In this document: in pieces, positions 43,023-53,106 of the stretch | Numbering within the stretch: position 1 is the first letter of the stretch | Layout: the number at the start of each line of letters is the position of its first letter | Source of the DNA: Barthelona sp. PCE | Lineage: Eukaryota | Assembly: GCA_040285745.1 (NCBI GenBank) | Contig: JAUFOR010000002.1 | Span: forward strand, 1,488,001-1,552,000 | Direction: 5' to 3' | DNA: 64,000 nucleotides | Notes under the pieces: generated by a model | Told to the model about the DNA's origin: nothing | Seen by the model: the letters and a program-made list of their open reading frames with translations, nothing else | Databases searched by the model: none | Translations under genes and position numbers: made by a program

Positions 43023-43124
43023 TTGGACAATATAATAACCCTGCATTGTAAAAATCAAGATACTATGGTTGACTCCTCGTATTTTGAACGAATATTAGCC
43101 GTCCAAGTTGGTATTCGCAGGGTT
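43023..43124 (+). ncRNA. Candidate structured RNA (three-helix junction plus pseudoknot), unassigned
   Basis: Helices 43037-43043/43118-43124, 43055-43063/43079-43087 and 43089-43099/43107-43117; loop GTCCAA (43101-43106) complementary to TTGGAC (43023-43028). G-U pairs favour the + strand. Confidence 0.4.
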
Positions 43125-43332
43125 TTCTCGAGCTTAAAGTATAGTAACTTCAATTATTGAGTTCAACGTTTCAAAAATTTTTCCTAGCTCATTTAACAAA
43201 GGACATCTCAATGATACGACAATTTTGAGCATAAAATATCACCTATTCAAATTAAATAAATAACGTTTATCGTTACAAATGCGATTTACTTTTTTCTTTT
43301 CTTTTCATCACCACAAAGGGCATATTATTCGC

Positions 43333-46300
43333 ATGTCGAACCGTGCAAGTATTGCTATCCCACCACCGACCGTTTTGCCACGCTCTGGGCTTACATTGGC
43401 AAGCAGTGAAGTATGTTTTTCTTTTCTGCGCATGATTTCGCATAATTTTATGTAGCACATTTACAGATGTGTTGATTAATCAAGTGTTCACACATTAACA
43501 TTGTGCTTGTGCATTATTCGAAACCTGTTCTTTTTTTAATTACACTAACTTTTAGAGAGGCGTAAAACACGAGTATCATGTGATGCAAGATGAATGGACA
43601 CAGACTGCAATCCTTGTAGAAATTGAAGAACGACCTTTTTCAGAAGGTGCTTTACGTTACGCATATAAGATGAAGGACTATTCACGCCCACAAAATGAAG
43701 CTTATGTTGCCAAGATGTCTAAGTACACAAATGAGGAGCGTGATACATACTTCCGTGATGTTAAGACACAGATGGTTGCCAAGGCTTTGGCTACAGAGTA
43801 CAATACACGTAATCCACCAAAAAAGGTTGCCTTTCTTGATGTGTATGTGTTAGAGTTAATCGACAGGCCAGGAAAGCAACTGTGCAGTGTTGAAAAATTC
43901 ATGCCTGGTGAGTACATCAAGCACAACAATAACTGGGACTTTGCCAGTGACGAACGTTTCACTCCTCAAGCTTTCTCTCACTTCACATATGAGTTTACCA
44001 AAGAGCTTATGGCTTGTAAGAAGGAGGGTCTGGCCCATCAATCGCCACTGTACAATTGCCCTGCACTGAAATGCCCTCTGCTTGTCTGTGATATTCAAGG
44101 TGTCGGAGATCACTACACTGATCCACAAATACAATCTGAGAGTGGAAAGGGATTCGGCAAGGCTGACTTGAGCCGACTGGGTATTCAAGCGTTTTTCCGT
44201 CGTCACAAATGTAATCAAATTTGTCGATTCTTAGGTCTCCCGTGTGTTGGAGAGTTCATTTCAGGCGAGTCCAGTGAGACAAGAATTGGTATGATGCAGA
44301 TGACGAGTGTCCCTGCTGGCATGTCCTCCAAGGATCTTTTCGACGCTGTTCAATTAGGATCTGTCGATGTCGTCAAGCGTATCGCTGTTTGGACCAACCA
44401 AAAGCTCACAGTCACCGATTCTAATGGTGACACAGCTCTTCATCTAGCGTCACGTCTGGGGCACATTGAAGTGATCGAGTTCCTGCTTAGTACAGGTTTG
44501 GAAGTTGATATCCTCAACCGCAATAAGCAAACACCTCTTTATTGTGCCGTATTGGCTGATCAAAAGAATGTTGTTGAGCTCTTATTACAACAAGAGACCC
44601 CAGCTAATGCAGACTTTTCATCCGTTAACGATTCAACACCGCTGGGTGAGGCAATCATGATGCAATCTGTGGAGATGGTTCGTGCTCTGCTCAACAATGG
44701 GGCATCCCCCATCAAGGCTCATTTGAATGGTGAGATACCAATTACTTCTGCAGCCAAGCTACACAACTCTGAGCTTGTCAAGATTCTCATTCAGTCGATT
44801 GTTACAAAGGGCTTGTCTATCGATACGCCCAACCAAGACGGAACAACAGGTCTGTTTGCCGCAGTGGCCACTAACGACATTGACCTTATCCAGCAGTTTG
44901 TTATATCAGGAGCAAATTTGTCACACAAAGATATGTACGGCAATACACCAATGTTTAGCAGCGATATTTCTTCCGCTGTTGTACGCTTCATGATATTACA
45001 CGGAGCGGCTGTTGACGAAGAAAATTTCAACGGTTACACACCTTACACACATGCATTCAGGTACTGTAACGTTGAGGCGGCTAAGGAACTACAGGACTAC
45101 TCGTCGCACATCCAGCCCGCCAAGGCAACGACACTCATGATCGAAATATGTGATGATCCTTCTTTGGACCACAAACGTGCAGTGGAGGCTGTCCGTATGT
45201 TGCTCAAGTTCGGTGCCATTGCTGTATCTGTTAGCGATGAAAATGAGTCCGCCCTTGAGCTAGCTATCATCAACCACCATATTGGTGTTGCCGAATTGCT
45301 GCTCGGTAGCAATGCTGAAATTAATGTTGAACAAGTTGACAGTCTTCTGGTACGTCTGTGCAAACAGAAGTACGACAAGGAGAGTGAGCTGTTGGGCATC
45401 AAAAAGAAAACCGTCGCTTGGATGGTTGAAAACCTATTTGCTAATGTTAATACAGTTGAGAATAACAAGAGCGTTCTTTACTTGGCTATTTTGAATGGTA
45501 ACCTCGGTGTAGCAACACTTCTCATCGAGTCTTCCGCCTCCCTATCGGAGGAGAGCTCCATTATCCTCTTACATGAGTTGATTACAACTGACGTTCATGT
45601 TTTCCCTGGCGAAATTGAGCACTTAATTGATTGTATTGAGTTTTTGATCTTATTCATGCAAGTGAACCCATGTGCTGTCAACCCCGTTGAACAGATGATG
45701 CCCATGTCTCCTTTAGAAATTGCAGTGCTCAATGTTAACCTTCCCATTGCTGCGAAGCTTGTTGAGTTAGGTGCATTTGTCGAACAAAGTGTTGTTGATT
45801 GGCTGTTATTGACTGTTTTATCTCAGAAAACCGAAAAAAAGAATAGGATCCAAATGGTTAAGTTTTTAATCGAGTCATGTGGTGCATCACCAAATGCAAT
45901 GAACGTAGAAACATATCAGACCGCGTTTGAATGTGCTATTTTTGGTGATCACATCTCTGAGGCACTTGCTCTTCTCGAGTTCGGAGCCGAGGTCGATCCC
46001 ACTGCACTGAACTTCATGCTATATGGTCTCGTCATGGATGATGCAGGAGATAAGCATGTAGATTCGATCAGATTCCTGGTTACAGAGATGGGTGCTGATG
46101 TGTCACTTCGTCACGAGAACAAATTCCTTTTCGATCACGCTGCAGAAAATGGAAGACTCGAGTTGTGTCTTGTCATTAAGGAATTGGGTGGGCCTGCATC
46201 CAACGCAAGCGTTCCACAACTGTTGCATTCATTGGCTGAGCATGTTACATTCGAAGCTGATGCAGATTATGTTGATCACATTATAGAGATTCTTAAAAAG

Positions 46301-47047
46301 ATCGAAAATCCAAATTCTCCGCTTGATAACTCCGATGTCACTTTGTTGCAACGCGCAGTGAGTCACGGAAACCTCATCATGTGTGGTTGTTTGAGCGCTG
46401 TGGATGTGAAGCCTGTAGATGATACAGAGGCAACCAAACTTTTAAGCCTTGCTATTGAAAGTGACAGTGAAGATATGTCGTTACTTCGCGTTATCAACTG
46501 GCTGGTTTCTGAGTGTGGTGCCAAGGTATGCGATCCAGTGCTAGATGGACGCAGCTGTCTACATGTTGCATGTGGTCGCAAATCAACTAAAAAAGTACGA
46601 TGGCTCATTGATGATATGCACGGTGATCCTAATTGTGCTGACTCGTTGAACAACCGCCCTTTACACGAGGCCATTGTCAACGGTAACGAAGAGATCACCC
46701 TGTTCTTAGTTTCTCGTGGTGCGGACATCAACTTGGAAAATAATTTTGGAATGACCCCTCTCAAAGTTGCTAATATGGTTCTAAGAGGAAAATTGACTCG
46801 TGCAGCTACCCGTTATCAAGAAGAGATTTCACGTCTCAATAACGCACAGGAGGCTGCCCAGTCTAAAGCTACTCTGTATTTGGAAGAATTGAAGAAGGCT
46901 ATTGTGGACGATAAAATTTCTTCAAAGGCTAAGCGTGCACTGCGTACGTATCGCAGAGAAAATGACGTCAGCTCAGACGATCATAGAATGTGTCTTGAAT
47001 CACTGGGTTGGACCACCGACGACTATGATGATGGTGAAAAGCTGTAA
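43333..47047 (+). CDS. Alpha-kinase (eEF2K/MHCK-type) with ankyrin repeats; two exons, 43333-43410 and 43556-47047
   Basis: PFSEGALRYAY, VAK, HNNN, PQAFSHFTY, DIQGV, TDPQI, GFGKADL, H.CN.IC..L; many ankyrin repeats. Splicing gives the in-frame junction ...LASSE|RGVKHEYHVMQDEW. Confidence 0.92.
43411..43555 (+). other. Spliceosomal intron (145 nt, phase 0)
   Basis: 5' GTATGT; pyrimidine tract; branch ACTAAC at 43544-43549 followed directly by TTTTAG. Removal joins an ATG-initiated exon in frame with the kinase ORF. Confidence 0.88.
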
Positions 47048-47084
47048 AAATTGCAATTTCTTTGCTTTCTTTATTTAAACGCAT

Positions 47085-49130
47085 TTAGAACAATTCTTCC
47101 ATTGTAAAGGTTCTCTTTTCCGTTTCTTTGCCAAACAGATCACTCATATTGATCATTTTCCCTAATTTCTGACTCTCAACAATATTCTCTGTATATTTAG
47201 CACGTTCATACTCTATTATATTGCGCATACTCTCAACCATTGAACCGAATTCTGTTAAGGAGTATTCATCAAAAATTGAATCAAAATCATCAACATGTAA
47301 TGTGTTAAGAAGGTTTCTTACTTCTATTGCGCTACTAACTTTTGATTCATTTGTCTTAAGAGAATCTGGAAGATAGTCCTCCAATTCACCTCTGAACAAA
47401 ACAAATACACCTTGTGCATACAGTAATTGTATTAACTGAGTCCAAACAGTAAGCATGCTCTCATCTGAAAAGATGTGATGCATTACAGAAGCATGACTAT
47501 ATGTCATCTGAGAAGCAATGCCCTCTGTCTTTGATCTAACTAAGTTAAACAGATCATTTGCATTCATGTTACTATTCACCATCTCCATTTCAAGCTCACG
47601 AAGCATATTAAACATGTTGAACTGTACTCTCTTGTCACTTATACGCTCCGTTGAGAATGCTGAAGCATGTTCGGTCATCATCGTGTGGAATTGATCAAAC
47701 ACTTCAGCGAGTTCCTGATCATAATCAACAAACTGAGGTAATGTATCACAGCTGAATATTGCATCAGCATCAACCAATACAAAAGGTACGCAACCGGCGT
47801 TTGCAAAGAAAGCCTTGGCCGATGCTATCATTCCTTTTCCACTAACGTTAATGACACTAAAGGCATGTGTATCAATTGTGTATCCCATCATTCTCTTGAA
47901 GAGAACGTTGAAGACCATATAGTCTGTGATACCTTCAACAATGAGCACACTATCACATTGCATACCTTCAATAGCACGAGGCAGCATCAACACACTTGAT
48001 AAAAACGCAACCTCTCTTGAACCGAAACGAAGTGTATATGGGACGATATAATCACCAATGCGCTTCAAGTTAACAATTGAAAATTGGAAATCATCAACGT
48101 GAGAAAGCGAAACAACTCTTGGTGACATCTTGGCTGTTGTGATAAAAATGCTACTAACTCCACTATCGGCCATAAAGAGCAGATTGATCAGCAATTGCAT
48201 ACATTGCTCTGTCAGGTCATCGTCAAATCCCATGCCGAAATTGTCTATAAAAAGATACATACCTCTTTGTGCACGCGGCACATCTTTCACATCCACCATC
48301 TCATTTGTGTCAACATACTGCATCACGCACTTGGAAACAAAGGAACTAAGACCAAGAACAGATCTCTGAGATGTTGACATATCGCTTCCTTGAATAATTG
48401 TATCATTGTTCTCAATGCATAATGATGCACTTTTAATGAGATCGTCGACAGTGGGTAGATTGAAACGCAGTCGAAGACGTGTTTGTGGATATATTTGATT
48501 AAAGTAGTTTGACACAACTTCTTCAAATGAAGCTATTGCTTCCATGCGGTTGTTATCGTCATTAAACACTTTGTTGAGCTCTTCCAGAGGTTCTTCACAC
48601 TCTACTTCAAAATCAAAGTACTGTAAATACTTCAAAAAAGATTTAAACATATCCTCTCCTTCATTCTTCTCGTTCATATCAAAGAAACACACCTGAGGGA
48701 ATATATTCATAATATGTGTGCCAAAGTTGCTGATTTCAAACATTGAATCATCCCTGGTAAGATAGAGACAATCCTCATACAGATTAACATCAACCCTTTC
48801 CGGTGTGAATGTTCGTCTGAAACACAACTGGCCCCCAATTGTGTACTCGCTAAGTGTTTGACCCTCTCCCTCAGCCTGAAAAATAGACTGCAACAATAAA
48901 TGTTCTTCTTCGCTAAAATAGACGTTAAATGAGAGTGAAAGCTGTTGATTGAGGCCTTCTAGCATTCCATGGGACTTTGTAGGATAATCTAAAAGCGCTA
49001 TTTGAAGTGTTTTCAAAAAGTTGGTCTTTCCGACTGTACTTCTCGATGTAATAATATTAAAAAGCATAATATCAGACCAGTGATAGCCGGTTGCCCAACC
49101 TTCGCATGAAATTGATCGTAATTCTGGCAT
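47085..49130 (-). CDS. OLD-family ATP-dependent endonuclease-like protein (ABC-ATPase fold plus TOPRIM)
   Basis: Walker A-like SRSTVGKTNFL; signature-like SDMSTSQRS; Walker B-like LFIDN; TOPRIM VLIVEGITDY, VINVSGKG, VLVDAD; C-terminal GELEDYLP. Confidence 0.8.
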   Translation of the reverse strand: MPELRSISCEGWATGYHWSDIMLFNIITSRSTVGKTNFLKTLQIALLDYPTKSHGMLEGLNQQLSLSFNVYFSEEEHLLLQSIFQAEGEGQTLSEYTIGGQLCFRRTFTPERVDVNLYEDCLYLTRDDSMFEISNFGTHIMNIFPQVCFFDMNEKNEGEDMFKSFLKYLQYFDFEVECEEPLEELNKVFNDDNNRMEAIASFEEVVSNYFNQIYPQTRLRLRFNLPTVDDLIKSASLCIENNDTIIQGSDMSTSQRSVLGLSSFVSKCVMQYVDTNEMVDVKDVPRAQRGMYLFIDNFGMGFDDDLTEQCMQLLINLLFMADSGVSSIFITTAKMSPRVVSLSHVDDFQFSIVNLKRIGDYIVPYTLRFGSREVAFLSSVLMLPRAIEGMQCDSVLIVEGITDYMVFNVLFKRMMGYTIDTHAFSVINVSGKGMIASAKAFFANAGCVPFVLVDADAIFSCDTLPQFVDYDQELAEVFDQFHTMMTEHASAFSTERISDKRVQFNMFNMLRELEMEMVNSNMNANDLFNLVRSKTEGIASQMTYSHASVMHHIFSDESMLTVWTQLIQLLYAQGVFVLFRGELEDYLPDSLKTNESKVSSAIEVRNLLNTLHVDDFDSIFDEYSLTEFGSMVESMRNIIEYERAKYTENIVESQKLGKMINMSDLFGKETEKRTFTMEELF

Positions 49131-49181
49131 TCGTTTTTGTAGAAAAGATGAAATCTGAATAACGAGTTTTTATATGTTTAT

Positions 49182-52100
49182 TCACATGGTCATAGGTAGT
49201 TCTGCCTGCACTATGGCTAAGGCATCCGTTTTGTTCCCCTTCTTAGCAATACTTACCTTCAATTCTTCATCATATTCCACAATGAAGTGAAAATCACATA
49301 CTTCAATGAGTTCATCTCTAAAACTGGTAATAAAGAACTGAGGGCCACCATCTGCTAATGACTCTATCAAATTGGCTACAGCACTACGATAAAGACTGTC
49401 TAAATTAGCATCGACTTCATCTAAGCAAAAGAATGGCACCGTATTAACTGAATGCATGCTGAGAATGAGTGCCAGGGATAACACAGTCTTCTGGCCTCCT
49501 GATAGAGTGCTCAAATTCTGACGACCAAGTCCATATGTAACTTGCACATCAAAACCCATAATTTCTGATGCATCAATCTCAACGTCATCATCAACGTTAA
49601 TTTCCTCACCATCCTGCATGTACATGATACATTCTGCTGTTCCACGGGGCTCAAGCTGTAAGAAAAGTTGTTTAAATTGTTCTGAAACTTTGTTAATAGC
49701 TGAGATGATTCTGGTTCCACGCTGACCGTCCAAGTGATCAATAAGTTCCTCAAGGCGATCGAAATCTCGCTCAAGCATCTCCTTACGTTCCTGTAGGCGC
49801 CTGTTTTCCTCAACAAAGCTGTCGTATTTACCAATTGCAGTCTTTGAGACGCCAGACATTTCAAACTCCTTAACAGCGTTCTGTGCACGCCTCAGGTGGT
49901 TGTCGAGCTCCTCGTTGGAAATTGTGGGGTCGATATCAACGTCAATAGTAGCCTGCCCAATCTGACGTAACCGTAACTCATTATCCCTAATCTGGGATTT
50001 CAGTAACGCGATGCGGTACAGCACACTGTCTAGTTCACCGGAATCGTCCGTCGTCCGTTGTCTGAGGGAGAGCTCGTGGGCCTTGTAACCATCATACTCA
50101 ACCAACATTCGCTGGTTTTCAGCATGCAGCTCATCAAGTTTGTTAGTGAGATCGCTGTTTTGTGCCTCAATTTCAACAAGATACTCAGTGATATGACTAA
50201 GTTGCTCCTTGAGCTCAGTAATGACAGACTCCTGTACGTATTGTGTATCATGTCCCAAACTCATTGATCCTTGTGACCAACCAGCATTATTGGACTTGCG
50301 TTGCTCAAGGTCGCTCAGCAATTGCTCGACAACAGACATTTCAGCAATGAGACTGTTGATGCCGATCCTCTTTGATACTATATCATCTGAAAGGACACTG
50401 CGCTCTATCATAAGCGCGTCAATATCAGACTGCATCGTTCGAACATGTACGTGCTGTGAATCTAGATCTACGTTCTCCACATCAGCATTGCGGAACAACT
50501 CTATCTTCATTTCAAGCTTCTTATGCTCCTCCTCGGCTTGATAAACACGCTGTTCGTGAGCAAATGACGCGTGAGTCTTCTCACTAAGCTGCTCCTGCAC
50601 CTGCCTGATACCGTCGCGCAGCTCCAACAATTCGCTTTGTGCGACATGTAATGCCTTTCTCTTTTTAGCCACGCGATTGATGTGGTTCTCGTGCGATACG
50701 CGAGCTGACGACAGTTTACGCCCGATTTCCTCCAGTCTGGTCTCAATATCACTGACTGAGTCATGTACCTCCTGAATGGCGGCAGCATGCTGCATACGCG
50801 AAATACGATATGCGTGACCACCGCGAATCTCACCTGTTGAGAACGCTCTATCACCCTCTAAACTGACAATATCGCACCGAAGTTCACGACCTATGTCGAC
50901 ACCGCGACGCATATCGTCAACTAACAAAACCTTACCGAAAAGATGACGGAGGAGAATTGGATACTCGCATTCAACAAAGTCCATTAGTGAGACCGCCTCT
51001 TCTGGGTCGTCGTGTATGACTTTGCGTGGTGGCGAGAGCTCGCTAAGAGGAATAAATGTAACACGCATGCCTCTCTTGGCTGCAATCTCGTCAAGAAGTG
51101 GTTCAAGACCGTCAAGGGACTTACACACAATCGAAAAAAGTTGTGTACCCGCTACCATCGAAACTGAAGTCATGAATTCGACTGAACAGTTTAAAAGTGA
51201 GTAAACCGGACCGATAACGTTATCAAACCCACTCTCACTCTCAACACGTGACATTACATACTCGACACCCCTTTGGACATTACCTGGGGCCGTTCTAAGC
51301 AGGTTAGCACGCAACTCCTTCAGCTTCTGTTTGGGACCAGCAAGCTCACTTTGTAACTGCAACCGTTCTGTCTTGAGCCGTTGGTAATCTTGTGTGCTTT
51401 CTTGCGTCGACTCCATGAGTCTAAGCTCCATACGAAGATCAATGATTGAAGAATTCAACTCTTTCTCCTTTACCTCCATATCCGACATCTGTCGCGTCAG
51501 CTCAGTTACAGCCTCTGTACACTCTGCCAGGACAGCTTTCAGAGCGTCAACACCAAGATCATCCATGGTTGCTGTCAACTCAGTAATCTGGTTCTCAACA
51601 AAAGTAACACGTTCTTCGACAGTTGCAAACTGTAGGAGATACATGCGATCCTCAAGCACAGAAAGCACGGCTTTGCGCTCTGATATACGAGAGTTGACCT
51701 CGTTTAATTGATGATTGAGACTTTCCATGACTGAATTTGATTTTTCAATCAATCGCTTGAGTCTACGTTGCTCACTCGTTAACTGCTTCTCCTCTGAAGA
51801 ATCATGACGTACCCTCTCATTTTGGATTCGCAAAGTCGTCTCTAAATCCTTAATTTTAAGAGATAAACTGGCTTTCTCCTCGGTTAATGCAAGAACCCTT
51901 TTAAAAAAAAAGTCTTGTTCATTCTCATAATTCGCTATCTTGAATTTTATCTCTGCACGGCCGTCCTCAACCATTCCAATCTTTGCATGGAGATCATCAA
52001 TCGACTCAAATAACCCGGAACTCTTCTCCAGGAACGATGCTTTCTTCTCTTCCAATTCCTCAGTTTCGCGTGAGAAAGACAGAAGAAGACGCTCGATCTT

Positions 52101-52778
52101 AATGGTCTCATATGTTTTCACCTTCAAATCAAGCATCTTCCATTCCTTATACACAGCTTCTTCCTGTTCCAAATGCTTAAGCTTCTCCTTAAACCTATCA
52201 AGGATACCGTCAATGCGCTGAATACGATTGCGCTCTTCCTGTAGCTTCTTCAATGAAACCTTTCGCCTGTCTAAGTACGTTTTTGTCCCACTAATCGTTT
52301 CAATAAGATGCAATTTTTCTTTGGGTCGATAATTTGCAATCTCTGTAATAGAGTTCTGTTTGATGATGTAAAAAGGGTTGGAGCTCATAAATCCACTGCT
52401 GGTTAAAAGCTGAGAAATCTCAGAATAATTCTTTCGTGAACCATTAATAAAGTATTCGTCCTTCTTAATACCTAGAACACGTTTGAGTTCAACTTCATCC
52501 TCATCCAAGAGGAAACTCCTGTCTGTGTTGTCTATAATAACTGCAACAGAACAACTAAGCTGACGATGCCCTGATGTGTCATAAATGAGTACTTTCCGGC
52601 GTTCTTGACTGATACGTCGATAATCTTCCCCAAACAAAAACCGTAAAGCAAGAATAACGTTACTTTTTCCCGATCCATTAAAACCTACAATTGAATTGAT
52701 AGCTGGAGAAAAATCTCCAACAATAGTCTCATCTTTGTAGCTTCTGAAGCCTCGTAAAATGATTCTTTTTATGTGCAT
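49182..52778 (-). CDS. SMC3: Cohesin subunit SMC3
   Basis: MHIKRIILRGFRSYKD, GFNGSGKSN, GIKKDEY (acetylation KK), NPFYIIKQ, hinge, LSGGQKT, LDEVDANLD..YR.AVA. Confidence 0.92.
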   Translation of the reverse strand: MHIKRIILRGFRSYKDETIVGDFSPAINSIVGFNGSGKSNVILALRFLFGEDYRRISQERRKVLIYDTSGHRQLSCSVAVIIDNTDRSFLLDEDEVELKRVLGIKKDEYFINGSRKNYSEISQLLTSSGFMSSNPFYIIKQNSITEIANYRPKEKLHLIETISGTKTYLDRRKVSLKKLQEERNRIQRIDGILDRFKEKLKHLEQEEAVYKEWKMLDLKVKTYETIKIERLLLSFSRETEELEEKKASFLEKSSGLFESIDDLHAKIGMVEDGRAEIKFKIANYENEQDFFFKRVLALTEEKASLSLKIKDLETTLRIQNERVRHDSSEEKQLTSEQRRLKRLIEKSNSVMESLNHQLNEVNSRISERKAVLSVLEDRMYLLQFATVEERVTFVENQITELTATMDDLGVDALKAVLAECTEAVTELTRQMSDMEVKEKELNSSIIDLRMELRLMESTQESTQDYQRLKTERLQLQSELAGPKQKLKELRANLLRTAPGNVQRGVEYVMSRVESESGFDNVIGPVYSLLNCSVEFMTSVSMVAGTQLFSIVCKSLDGLEPLLDEIAAKRGMRVTFIPLSELSPPRKVIHDDPEEAVSLMDFVECEYPILLRHLFGKVLLVDDMRRGVDIGRELRCDIVSLEGDRAFSTGEIRGGHAYRISRMQHAAAIQEVHDSVSDIETRLEEIGRKLSSARVSHENHINRVAKKRKALHVAQSELLELRDGIRQVQEQLSEKTHASFAHEQRVYQAEEEHKKLEMKIELFRNADVENVDLDSQHVHVRTMQSDIDALMIERSVLSDDIVSKRIGINSLIAEMSVVEQLLSDLEQRKSNNAGWSQGSMSLGHDTQYVQESVITELKEQLSHITEYLVEIEAQNSDLTNKLDELHAENQRMLVEYDGYKAHELSLRQRTTDDSGELDSVLYRIALLKSQIRDNELRLRQIGQATIDVDIDPTISNEELDNHLRRAQNAVKEFEMSGVSKTAIGKYDSFVEENRRLQERKEMLERDFDRLEELIDHLDGQRGTRIISAINKVSEQFKQLFLQLEPRGTAECIMYMQDGEEINVDDDVEIDASEIMGFDVQVTYGLGRQNLSTLSGGQKTVLSLALILSMHSVNTVPFFCLDEVDANLDSLYRSAVANLIESLADGGPQFFITSFRDELIEVCDFHFIVEYDEELKVSIAKKGNKTDALAIVQAELPMTM

Positions 52779-53106
52779 TGGTCGAAAAGGGTAAGAAAAT
52801 TGGAAATCGAAACGAACAGTTAACAGCTGTGTATTTAAATTTACTTGCAAAAAGATCCATCCATGTATAGCTGTCGCAGATTTCCACTTACTTAAACTGA
52901 AATAGAAGAGTAAATCTTAAAGATAATTCATATATGTGCTAAATTACTTTTTTGCAATGAAAAAACATCATCAACTCGTGTAATAACGCCAAGAACCTTT
53001 TTTAAAAGGAATAAAATCCACAAAAAATTCAACAAATGGAAGAAAAACAGAATATATCAATAATATGGTTTCTTTACTGCAAATTTAAAGGTCAATACAA
53101 GCGAGA

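Noticed and set aside
43037-43124. Identification of the structured element as a TPP riboswitch, hammerhead, HDV-like ribozyme or telomerase RNA
   Set aside because: It lacks CUGAGA, the CUGAUGA/GAAA core, a proper HDV P3/P1.1 arrangement and a full telomeric template.
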